NCBI GenBank assembly: GCA_051313645.2 | Contig: JBNRSN020000010.1 | Location: 10,044,001 to 10,108,000 of the forward strand | DNA: 64,000 nt | Reading direction: 5' to 3' | Source of the DNA: Centroscyllium fabricii | Taxonomy: Eukaryota | Shown here: one piece after another, positions 51,411 through 62,990 of the stretch | How positions within the stretch are numbered: the first letter of the stretch is position 1 | Layout of the letters: every line of letters begins with the position of its first letter | Translations under genes and position numbers: made by a program | The notes under the pieces: model-generated | Databases searched by the model: none | Told to the model about the DNA's origin: nothing | The model's input: the letters and a program-made list of their open reading frames with translations, nothing else

Positions 51411-52269
51411 GGGCCAGAAATTTGGGTGCCTCGCACCAGTTGCACCTGCTGGGAGGGGGGCAAATATGCCCCGTGCAATTATCGCACGGGGCATGCCCAT
51501 GGATCGGAACTTTCCGATGCTGAAGGAGAAGAGGCCTCAGCATGGAACGCACAAAATAATTGCACACAAAAATCCCGATGTTTTTTGGTGTGATTCTGTG
51601 CTTTCATCTGTGGGCAAATGGGCTTGGAGCTGCACGGGAAATAAGGCGTCCTAACCTGTGCTAGGTGAGAGCAGTGCGTTCCTAAACAAGGTAATTGACA
51701 TTTTTACCTTTAATTTTAAGTTTTATAAATGTTTTAGAGTAATGTGGCCAGATCGCTCTCATTATATTCGGCTGTTAAAGTTTTTTTTTTTATTTAAAAA
51801 ATCCGAATTTCAATTGTTATTCCAATTCCAAATCGCTTATTTTTAAATTTAAAGTTCTGAGATTTTAAACTATTTCATTAACTTTAAAAAACTAAGAAAA
51901 AAATCGCTTAGACTTACCTCCATTTGAAAAGCTGCTCTGGCCACGGTTGCTCACTACCGAGTCTGTGGGTGCAGCAGTGGCCGTGGCCCTAATAACGGCC
52001 TCATGTCCCTGCTCTCTAAGAAGTCCGACTGTGAAGCAGGGGGCCTTTTTTTTTAATTAGGGAGCTGTGGGCGGGGCATCACTGCTACGCACGCACGACG
52101 GCAGCGTATATACAGCGCTCCTTGCGTGGTTGGACTGCCACGCAGCCCAGGAACGGTGCGGAGCCAACAGGACGTTCTGGCCGTATAAAATGTGCGATTC
52201 TGGTGCGGTGTTAAAGGTGCCCGCATGGTCCTTGCACCCGCAAAACCGGCAGCCTGGAATTTCTGGCCC
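51411..52269. mobile_element. MITE family B
   Basis: TIRs GGGCCAGAAATT / AATTTCTGGCCC with a 3-bp TSD AAT. Confidence 0.85.
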
Positions 52270-53262
52270 AATATTTTGTTTAATAGAAGCTAAATAGTGC
52301 TAAGTAAATCATAGATACAAAATGAATGAACATCATGCCAGCACATGACAACATTATAAAACCGTAGAAATATACTCTGAGGGAGTATGTAATTTGACCC
52401 ATTCTATTGGTACTGGGCTTTTTGAGACAGCAATCAAAAACTATCCGCACTGCCCTGCTCTCTCCACAGAAAATGATTTTCTCTTTTTAGATATATTCAT
52501 CAAACTTTGCCTTAAGTATTATCTGAGGCTTCGCATCCCATGGTCCAGTAAACATTTGCATAAAGCGATTTCTGATAACCTATTTGCTCATTCCCTTTGT
52601 GACAATCTTAAGGCGATTGTCCTTTATTGCTGTCTCACTTACTAGGTGGAGTCATCTCTCCCTCTTCACTCTGACGAAACGGTTGAAATTTCTTAGCACC
52701 TCTAATAAATATCCACTTTGCGTTCGCTGCTCCAGTGTAAATAGTCCCAAGATCTTGACCATCATCATAAGTATAGCTTTGATGAATGGCATCATCCTGG
52801 TGTATCTACACGGTGCGCTCTCAGTGGATTTATTTGTCTTTACACAATGAGGGACATAAGCTGTACCTGTTGTTCTAAAGGTGGCCGTACCAGAATTGCG
52901 TAAATATTCATCACCACTTCTTAAATCTTTTGATCAATTGCCCTGTCTATAACACAGTAATTCTGGTTAATTTGCTCGTGAACTTTCTAGCAATTGTGTA
53001 TGTGGATGCCTATCGCTCGCACTTCAACCACATACCCAGCTCTTTCCCATTGAGGCTCTGCTCCCATTCCTTGGCGTTTCTCGGACAATCAGACAAGATC
53101 ACAGTTGAACAATTTGTAACTGATTCACAGTTGCTGGTATTTTTCAATTATTATTTGGAACAATGTGTAACAGCAAAATAAATCGAAAATTACCAAAGAT
53201 TATTTCTGACAGTCTGCAAGTGTTCAGCCAAGCACATATTACTCGATATTATTATTTATAAT

Positions 53263-54022
53263 GGCCCAGAAATTGCAGTGGAGCCTTCGTGCGGGTGCAG
53301 TACCTGCTTAACACACTTGAATTGCCCATATTCAATTTGCTTTTTGCACTCAGAAATTGCAGTTAGCTCAGATTATCAGAGCTCCATGCGAGTTTCATGG
53401 GCATCTGAAGGGCGTAATTAGTACTAGATGGCTTTTGAGACCACCTGATTGGCAGGGGGCAAATCAGTGGAAGCAATTCTCCGTTCAAAACTTCCACAGA
53501 GAAATCTGTGCGAGTTTTGAAAGGAGAGATTCCCAAAAGACTTCTAAACACAAAAATAAAATTTTACAAACACCACATTTTTAAAACATTACCCCAACTA
53601 AAACAATTAACTTATTTTAAAGAAAAAATAAAAAAATGCAGAAAGATTTTCAACTTCCAACAGGTCTAAAAAAGTACTTACCTGTCTTCAAATTTATCAA
53701 CAATTAGTAACCTGAAAAAACAAAAATTAAAATCTATAAAATACATACTTACCAGATAAAAACGGGTGCCTACGAGTCATATTTTCCAGCGTTGAATTTT
53801 CTGCTCTTGGTCAGTAGAGAAACTTAAAAAAAATATTGGAAAGACTGGATGCTCCCGTAGATCGCTGCTTCCGGCACTGGACCTCGCAGGAAGCAGCGAC
53901 CCCCCGCTGGCCGGCACAGGAAAACACAAAGCTGCGCTACCGGCTGCTTCCTGCGGGGTTAAGCTCTGGTGCGCTCGCACCAGAGATTAAACCCGATATG
54001 CGCAGACTGCAATTTCTGGGCC
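53263..54022. mobile_element. MITE family A
   Basis: Perfect 17-bp TIR GGCCCAGAAATTGCAGT, TSD AAT, and an empty site in the paralog near 2960. Confidence 0.9.
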
Positions 54023-54495
54023 AATGGATCTTATTTTATGCCACTGTTTGTAACAGATCACATGTAACAAATGTAATAATTTAAAACAATTCACTAAATT
54101 TACTATATTTTACACATTTGTTTATGAGAATAATTGCGACATAATATCAATACTCATGATACTGTTATCGACAGCACAAAACAGGAGCAGACTCCATCTT
54201 TGTGCTGATTTAGAGGCACCCGTCAGCACACAATCGAGATTTTAAGTCAGTATCTGCGACACAAGAGTTGAAAGGTCACATCGAGGAGCCGAGTTTCGAC
54301 TCATTTCCCATTCGAAAACTGATGACGTGACAAGAGCCCGCTTTATTTGTCAATGAGGAATAGTGCCGATAGAGAGACCTACGCCTGCAATATTGACTCA
54401 AAACTTCCAGGAAATTACCAATATTGGTTATCGCAAGCCCTTGATAGCATCGGCACCAAATTAAACTTTATTAATGATTTTAAAGCGGTGTGCCT

Positions 54496-55251
54496 GGCCC
54501 AGAAATTGCAGTCAACGCATATCGGGTTTAAACGAGCACACCAGAGCGCAAAGCAGAAAGAAGCAGCCGGAGAACACGCTTTGGGTTTTCCTGTGCCGCC
54601 CAGCGGTGGGGTCGCTGCTTCCTTCGAGGTCCAGCGCAGGACGCAGCAAACTACGGGATGACACAGTCTTTCTGATATTTTTCTTACGTTTTTCTACGGA
54701 CCAAGTGCAGAAAATTCAACGCTGGAAAGTAGGAGTCGTAAACACCCGTTTTTATCTGGCAAGTGTGTATTTTATTGATTTTAATTGTTGTTTTTTCAGG
54801 TTTATAATTGTTGATAACTTTAAAGACAGGTATGTATTTTTTTAGACCTGTTGGAAGTAGAGCGATTTTTTTGCAAATTTTTATTTTTTCTTTAAAATAG
54901 GTTGTTTGTGTTATTTGGGGTAATGATTAAAAAATGTGGTGTTTGAAATTTATTATTTTTGTGTTTAGATGTCTTTTGGGAATCTCTCTTTTCAAAACTC
55001 GAACAGATATCTCACTGTGGAAGTTTTGAACAGAGAATTGCTTCCACTGATTGGCTCCCTGACCATCACGTGGTCTCAAAAGCCACCTCGCACTAATTAC
55101 GCCCTTCAGATGCCCATGAAACTCGCATGGAGCTCTGACAGGCTGGGCTAACGGGAATTTCTCAGTGCAAAAAAGCATAACTGAGGATGGGCAAATTAAA
55201 GTGCGTTAAGCAGCTGCACCAGCACGAAGGATCCACGGTAATTTTTGGGCC
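54496..55251. mobile_element. MITE family A, inverted relative to 53263-54022
   Basis: TIRs GGCCCAGAAATTGC / GGTAATTTTTGGGCC. The body is a diverged reverse complement of the neighbouring copy. Confidence 0.88.
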
Positions 55252-55654
55252 ATTGACTCCAAACTTCCAGGAAATTACCAATATCGGTGATCGCAAGACC
55301 TTTGATAGTTTTGGCACCAAATTAAACTGTATTAATGGTTTTAAAGTGGTGCGCCCGATCCCTGTATCCTCTTTTGCCCTCGTGTCCACTGCTGAAGCTC
55401 AACATTGTTATCATTGACACCTGAACTTAAGATGAGCTAAATTTGCAGCAATAGTAAATGTTTACTCAATAACAGAGGCATGACAAATTATACATTGGCG
55501 ACACCAAACGCACGCTGCAAAATGGATAAAATGTTTACGCCAGTTCTCTCCCATTTGTCACATTATCAGAAATAAGGACGTTCAACGGTGAAAAATGAGT
55601 TGTAACTGAGATTTCGTTGCGAGTAAGCTTTAGTTTGATTGATTCCTTTCATCG

Positions 55655-56559
55655 TTATTTTCTACCTAATCCAATAACTAATGTCCAGGGGTATTTCACC
55701 ACCTTCTTTAGCTCTTCTCTGAATTTCTTCTGGGTGGCGACATAAATACAAGGGTTTTGAAAGCAGCTCAAAAATTTCAACATTGTTCCAGTTTCAGTGG
55801 CGATATATCCAGGGTGTGTGCGGTCACCTCGATAATAAGTGGTGTTTGTCATTCTGGTAGTTACAAAACTCACGGCAGTTGTCAGCCACATCAATATAAA
55901 ACAGCACGATATAGTGAAGAGCAAAATGATGGATTTTCTTCTGTTCTCCATCTCTGGATCGCTGTCATTTTGTCTCTTCTGACCCCGGAGTCCCCTGCGA
56001 GCTCTGCTGGCCACTAAAATATATCTGATTGTCAAGTAATTTAACAAGGCAATTAAAATAAATGGAAGCCAAACACCCCAGGCGCTGTGAAACCAAATGT
56101 AGGCTGCACCTGGAGGAGAGGAAACAAAAGCCACACTGTTCCGGCAGCCCCACTCTACCTTGTTAATTATTTGCTGTGGTTCATATGCAAACAAAATGGG
56201 GATGGCTCTAAAAAAGATTAGGACCGTGAACGCTGTTAAAACGGCGGCCGCAGTTCTCTCGGTGCAATATTTTGTTTTAAACTTCTGGCAGCAGATAACA
56301 ACACATCGGTCAAATGTAAAGTTAACGGTGAACCAAACAGACAAGTCGAGGTTGACAGCAGTTATATATAGAATGAACTTACACACGGGCGTATGGTACA
56401 TGAATGAAAGTGGAAAGCGATAATTGAAAATATGATACACAATTACATTGATGACCAAGACAAGTAGATCTGCTATTGCCATAGCCACCATGTAGACAGT
56501 GATGCACTTGGAAAGTCCGCAGTTTCCTCGGAAGAGAATCAGCATTGTCACCAAGTTCG
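55655..56559 (-). CDS. GPR139/GPR142-like class A GPCR, copy 2, exon 2
   Basis: Same 905-nt exon and acceptor as copy 1, with ADLL, FDRC and NPCIY motifs; intact ORF. Confidence 0.92.
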
Positions 56560-56672
56560 CTGTAAGAAAGAGAGAGATAATGTTCCAGCGTCTGATGAAA
56601 TAGATCTGGACATTGCTTTTGATGGCATGTTACTCCAGTCCGATGGATTAGCAACAGCGATCTGTGTGAGAA

Positions 56673-57774
56673 AACGAATAACAACAGAATACGCTAGGAA
56701 CTCAGAAGGCCAGGCGTAATCGCTTAAGAGAGGAACAGAGTTTACCTTTCAGGTCGATGACATTTCTTCAAAACTGGAGAAGCCAGGTGTGGGGATAGAT
56801 GTTAAAGCTTGTGGGGGTCATGGTAAGGGGGAGGGTGGCTGAAAGAATAAAGGAAATTTCAGCGACAGGCTGGAAAGTGGGGAAGGTCAGAAATATTCGG
56901 AGAAATTGAAGAAACACAGGTAGGCTCTGAATTGGGGGTGAACAGATTTAGCAGAGTAAAGACAAAAAAGCAATAATGAGAAAAGCCCAGACGAATGCGT
57001 GGATTGAAAACAATTGTGAATCTCTATATATGTAAGAACGTGTGGTCCGGTCCGTATTTACGATCTAAAACTGTTGAACTCTATGTATTCGCTGCTCAAG
57101 ATGTGGGCTCCTCTACTTCGGGGAGACCAAACGCAGATTGGCTGACCGCTTTGAGGAACACCTACGTTCAGTACGAAAGGGGGAATCCGCGGCCACTGTG
57201 GTCTGTCCCTTTAGTTCTCCAATCCCACTCGGACCTCTCTGTCAGTGGCCTGGTACGTAGTTCCACGGAGGCACAGCGTAAATTCGATGTACAGCACCTC
57301 ATCTTTCGCTTTGGCACTCTACAGCCCTCTGGATTAAACATAGAGTGCAACAATTGTAGATCACAATCTCGGACCCTGGCACACTTTTTTACATATACAT
57401 ATTGTCTCTATTTTGAATCCACAATTTCGTCTGGGCTTTTTTCTTGTTTCCTTTTTTTTTACTCTGATAAAGCCGTTCACACCTATTCAGAGCCATCCTG
57501 TGTTCCTTCAATTTCTCCGAATATCTCTTAACTTCCCCGCTTTCCAGCCTGTCTGCTGATCTCTCCTTTCGTCTTTCAGCGTACTTTCTCCAGCCACCAC
57601 AAGCTTAAAAGTTTATTTCCAATCCTGGCTTCTCCACTTATGAAGAAATGTCATCGACTGAAACGTCAACTCTACGCCTCTATCCAGCAATGCTGCCTGG
57701 CCTGCTGAGTTTCTCCAGCGGTTTCTGTAGTTATTTCATATTTCCAGCATTCGCATTATTTTGCGATCGTATTA
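56673..57774 (+). mobile_element. Penelope-like element (GIY-YIG remnant with inverted pLTR) in the intron of GPCR copy 2
   Basis: CSRCGLLYFGETKRRLADRFEEHLRSV...HLIFRFGTLQPSGLNIE. 56673-57085 is an inverted copy of the 3' end. TSD GTGTGAGAA at 56664-56672 and 57775-57783. Absent from the copy 1 intron. Confidence 0.85.
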
Positions 57775-58081
57775 GTGTGAGAACAGGATTACTTTTGGAG
57801 CCATTACCTGTGAACCTCACGCTGACATTTTAGTGCTGCAGCGCTCACCCTGCACGAGTCGAGAAGCCGAATCGGAATTCATCCAAAAGCGTCGTGTTGG
57901 AGCTTCGATAAACACTGTAACAGCAATCAGCTTAATGCTATAACACGGTTGACGATTAGTTTCTCGTCACTACCGTCTGTTTAATGCTGCCAACTCTAGA
58001 ACTCCTTACATTAACATACAAGATGTATGTACATGGATACAGATGACACTGATTAACAACAAAACGTTTAACTTCACTCAC

Positions 58082-58151
58082 CGGGGACACCGACGGCCGC
58101 GATAGTCGGGTAGTAAATCTCTTTGATCAGCAGAATCGTTGGTCGCCCCAT
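58082..58151 (-). CDS. GPCR copy 2, exon 1 (MGRPTILLIKEIYYPTIAAVGVP)
   Basis: ATG at 58151, 70 nt long, donor G|GTGAGT; in frame with exon 2. Confidence 0.88.
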
Positions 58152-58226
58152 TTTCGGTGAGAAGGAATGAATTCTGTCGAAGCAAGAGGACTCTGATTGC
58201 GCACGGCTGAGGCAATAGGAGGGTGC

Positions 58227-58352
58227 CTATATTTATCCACACCTCAATCCTCCAGCGAGTAAATCAGGTTAAATCATAATTAGCATTATTTACAGTCATT
58301 AAACAAATAGGCTCAGGTAAATTGGTTGTTTTATCTGTCACGTCAGATTAAG
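58227..58352 (-). promoter_or_regulatory. Conserved proximal promoter of GPCR copy 2
   Basis: Same TATA-like site, octamer variant (ATTAGCAT), TAAACAAA and CACGTCA motifs as copy 1. Confidence 0.55.
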
Positions 58353-59846
58353 AGAATTAGATGAAATTGCTGTTGCATAGTTTCAGAAATTGCAGAATTA
58401 AATTGTTGTTTACGGGAATAAAGTTCAATCTGCCAGTACAAGTGATGATAATAATCCAACAGATCTAGTGAAGCCAACACCACAGAGAATGTTTGTCATG
58501 ACCCTGATTTCGATTCACTGCTAGTGCTTCAACTTCGAAGGAACAGGCGCTAAAACTTATTCTGCAATATGGGAGATGAACCCAGTCTGGCAGCAGTAGA
58601 GGTGACAGTGCTCCTCCCGCACTACTGGTACCCTACATTTAGATTAGAGTGAAATTTCCCCTCCTATAATACTGACGCCATACACTTATTATAGATGTGC
58701 CCGTGCTCCACAGGTACTGGTACCATGCCTACATTGGAGCTGAACGTATTGCTCTAGTAGTAGTGGCAGCAATAAAAGAAAACGACTATCGAATGTGCTC
58801 CTCCATTACAAGTGGGAAACCCATCATACACTGGATGTGCGTGAGCTCGTGTGTACACTGGCACCTCTACATTTAGACAAGATGTGAGCATTCCCCTCCT
58901 GCCACAATGCTAACCCTACACTGACATTGATGAGACCGTGCTTTTCCTGTCCCAGCGCTAACGGTATACTGGCACTGGATGTGAACGTGCCCCTCCTGTC
59001 GCAGTGCTACGTTGACAGGCCATGTCACAGTGCCTCTCCTGTCCCAGAGTTACATCTACATTGACAATAAATGTGAAAGTACCGCTCCTTTTCCAGTGTT
59101 ACACCTACACTGACACAGGATGTGATCATTCCGCTCTATTCCCTGTGCTAGCACTACACAAACACTATATGTGAAAATGCCCATCCAGTCCCAGAATTAC
59201 CCCTACAATGACACAAGGTGTGACCGTGTCCTTCCTGTCCCTGTGCTAGCGCTAAACTGACACTGAATGATACCGTGTCCCACCTATCCCAGATATAGCA
59301 TTACTATTTCACTAGATTTGAGCGTGTTTCGCAGTGTTTCCCTACACCTACCCTTACAATAGATGTGACCCTGCCCTTCCTGTCCAAGTGCTTACCCTAC
59401 ACGTATAATAGCTGTGAACGAGGCACTCCAGTACCAATGTTGCCCTTTCACTGACGCCAGATGTGACCTTTTCACTCCTGTCCCAGTGTTAGCTCTGCAG
59501 TGACACTGGATCTGACCGTGCCCCTTCTATCCGCGTGATACCCCTATATTTACAGTAAATGTGACCAAGGCTGGCCAGTCACCGTGTTAACCCTAAACTT
59601 GCACTTGATGTGAATTTGGCCCTCCTGTCTCAGTGCTACTACTACTCTGACAGTAGATTAGACAGTACCCATCCTATCACAGTGTTACCACGAAAATTAC
59701 AATAGATGCGACCGAGCCCCTTATGTCCCAGAGCTAACCCTACACAGACACGAGATGCGATTGTTCCCCTCCAGTCCCAGTGCTATCCATACACTGACAG
59801 GAAATTTGACATTACCCCTTCTATCCCTGTGTTACACCTACACTTA

Positions 59847-61757
59847 TGGTTCTGTTATCTATTGATTGGATGTGGACGTCGCTGGCTGGCTAGGGCTGCA
59901 TTTAGTCCCCTTCACTAATTGCCCTTGAGAAGAAGGTGGTCAGCTACCTTTTTGAACCGCTGCAGGGCATATGGTGTAGGTACGCCCACAATGTTGTTTG
60001 GCAGGGAGTTCCAGGATTTTGTCCAGCGACAGTGAATTAGCGGCGGTACAGGTCCAAGTCAGAATGGTGTGCGGCTTGGAGGTGAACTTCTATGTGGTGC
60101 TGTTCAAATGCGTCTGCTGCCCTTGACATTCTAAGTGGCAGAGGTCGCGGGATTGGAAGCTGCTTCTGAAGGAGCTTTGGTGATTTGCTGCATTGCATCT
60201 TGTAGATGCTACACACTGCAGCCACAGTGCGCCAGTGGTGGAGGGAGTGAATGTTGAAGGTGTTGGATGGCGTGCTAATCAATCGGCCTGATTTATCCTG
60301 AATGGTGTCGAGCTTCTTGAGTGTTTTTGGAGCTGCACTCATCCAGGCAGGTGGAGAGTATTCCATCACATTCCTGACTTATGCCTTGTAGATGGTGGTA
60401 AGAAATTTGTGGAGTCAGGAGGTTGGACATTTGCCGCACATTTTCCAGCCTCTGGCCTGCTCTTGTAGCCACATTATTTATATGGCTGGTCCAGTTCAGT
60501 TTCCGCTAAATGGTAACCCGCAGGATGTTGATAGTGGGCGATTCAGTGATGAAAATGCCATTGAATGTCAAGGGGAGACGGTTAGAGTGTCGCTTGTTGG
60601 AGATGGTCATTGCCTGGCACTTGTGTGGTGCAGATGTTACTTGCCAATTGTCAGCCTAAATCTGAATGTTGTCCAGCTCTCACTGCATATGGACACGGAC
60701 TGCGTCAGTATCTGAAGAGTCAGGAATGGTGCTGAACAGTGTGCAATCATCAGCGAACATCCCCACTACTGACCATATGAAGGAGGGAATCTCATTGATG
60801 AAACAGTTGAAGATGGTTGGGCCTAGTACACTGCCCTGAGGAACTCCTGCAGTGATGTCCTGTGGTTGAGGTGAATGACCTCCAACAGCCACAGACTCCC
60901 TTTGTGCTAGGTACGTTTCCAACCAATGGATAGTTTTCCCCTTGATTCACATTGACTTTAGCTTTGCCAGGGCTCCTTGATGCTACTCTCGATCAAATGC
61001 TGTCTTGACATCAAGTAATGTCACACTCATTTCACCTCTTAAGTTTAGCTCTTTTGTCCATGTTTGGACCAAGGCTGTAATGAGGTCAGGAGCTGAGTGG
61101 CCCTGTCGGAACCCAAACTGGGCGTCAGTTAGCAGGTTATTGCTGACTAATTGCCGCTTGATAGCACTGTTGACGCCAACTTCCATCTGTTTGCCGATGA
61201 TTGGGCGTAGACTGATGGGACAGTAATTGTCTGTGTCGGATTTCTCCTGCTTTTTGTAGACAGAATATATTTGGGCAATATTCCACATTACTAGGTAGAT
61301 GCCAGTGTTGTAGCTGTACTGGAACATATTGTCTAAGGGCGTTGCTAGGTTTGGAGCACATGTCTTCACTACTGTTGCCGGAATGTCGTCAGGGCCCATT
61401 GCCTTTCGAGTATCCAGCGTCTTCAGCCGTTTCTTGATATCACGTGGAGTGAATTAAATGGGCTTAAGACTGGCATCTGTGATGCTGGCGACCTCAGGAT
61501 GAGGCCGAAATGGAGCATCCACTCGTCATATCTTTCTGAAGATAGTTGCTAATGCTTCAGCCTTGTCTTTTGAACTCACGTTCTGGGCTCCACCATGATT
61601 GAGGATGGGTATGTTTTTGGAGCCTCCTCCTCCTGTGAGCTGTATAATTGTCCAACACCACTCACGACCGGATGTGTCAGGACTGCAGAGCTTTGATTTG
61701 ATCCGATGGTTGTGAAACCGTTTAGCTCTGTCTATCGCATGTTGCATCTGTTGTTTA
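59847..61757 (-). mobile_element. 5'-truncated LINE (CR1-group, a different family from 14457), decayed RT
   Basis: MGPDDIP...NYCPISL...QFGFRQGHSA...LDVKTAFDR; AGVPQGSVLGPTIF; MFADD; MEYSPPAW. Confidence 0.88.
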
Positions 61758-62552
61758 AATGAGATTTGACCTTGCCCTCCTGTCCAAGTATTACTCCTAC
61801 ACTGAACTAGATGTGAACCTCTCCCTCCTGTCCTAGTGTTACCACGACATTTTCACTGGATATGACGATTACCCTCCTGCCCCAGTGTTAACACAACACT
61901 AACATAAGATATGACCGTGTTCCTTCTGCTGCAGTAATACCTCGACAAAGACAATAGATGTTCCCTTGTCTCACATGTCCAAAGTGAACACCTAATATTA
62001 CACTAGATGTGACATTGCCACTCCTGTCCCAGTGCTGTCCCTAAACTTAAACCAGATGTGAAGGTGCCCCACCTGTCCCATTGCTACCTCCACACTTGCA
62101 CTAGATTTGGCAGTGCCCCTCCTGTCCTATTGTTACCCCTACACATTCAATGGATGAGACCTTGCCCCGACTGCCCCTGTGCTACACATACACTTAAACA
62201 TGATGTGAACTTGTTCCTCAGTTTCCAGTGTTACCACGACACTCACAGTAGATATGACCTGTGCCCTTCCTATCCCAGTGTTACCGCTAAACGTACACTA
62301 GCTGTAACCATGCCCCACCTGACCCAGTGCTACCACTACCCGTACAGTAGCTGTGAAAATGCAACTCCTGTTTAGTGCTGCCCAAACACAGACACGAAAT
62401 ATGACAGTGCTCACTTTTTACACTGTTAACCTACAATTTCACTTGCAGTAACCGAGCCCATCATGTCCCAGTGTTAGTCCTACACCGACACTAGATATGC
62501 CCTTGCACCTCCTGTCACAGTGTTAAAGCTACACTTACATTAAATGAGACCA

Positions 62553-62990
62553 TAATAACAACAGAAAACGATGGAGAAACTCATCAGCCCAGGCAGCATC
62601 GGTGGCGAGAGAAACAGAGTTGACGTTTCAGGTCGATGTCATTTCTTCAAAACTGGAGAAGATAGGGGGGGCGATTGATTTTAAGTTTGTGGAGGCTGGG
62701 GAAAGGGGGCGGGGGCTGTAAGAACAAAGGAATGACAAGCGACAGGATGGACGGCGGGTCAAGTTAAGTTCAATGTCTCCGAAGATGGCTCTGAGTCGGT
62801 GTGAACAGCTTTGGCAGAGTAAAGAAAAAAAAGGAAATAGTTAAAAGCCCACACGAAAGTGCTGATTGAAGGAGAGTAGATAGTTTTGTAAATCATTGTG
62901 TATGGGGCCGAGGTTACGATCTAAAATTGCTGAATTCTATGTTTATTCCAGAGGGCTGTAGAGTGCCTAAGCAAAATATAAGGTGTGTTT
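62553..62990 (-). mobile_element. Penelope 3'/pLTR fragment within the satellite
   Basis: Similar to 56673-57085. Minus strand encodes HLIFCLGTLQPSGINIEF. Confidence 0.8.

Larger units (their letters stand above)
52445..58930. repeat. Segmental duplication block B, paralog of 2146-5900, expanded by two MITEs and a Penelope insertion
   Basis: Colinear similarity; the insertions are absent from block A. Confidence 0.9.
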
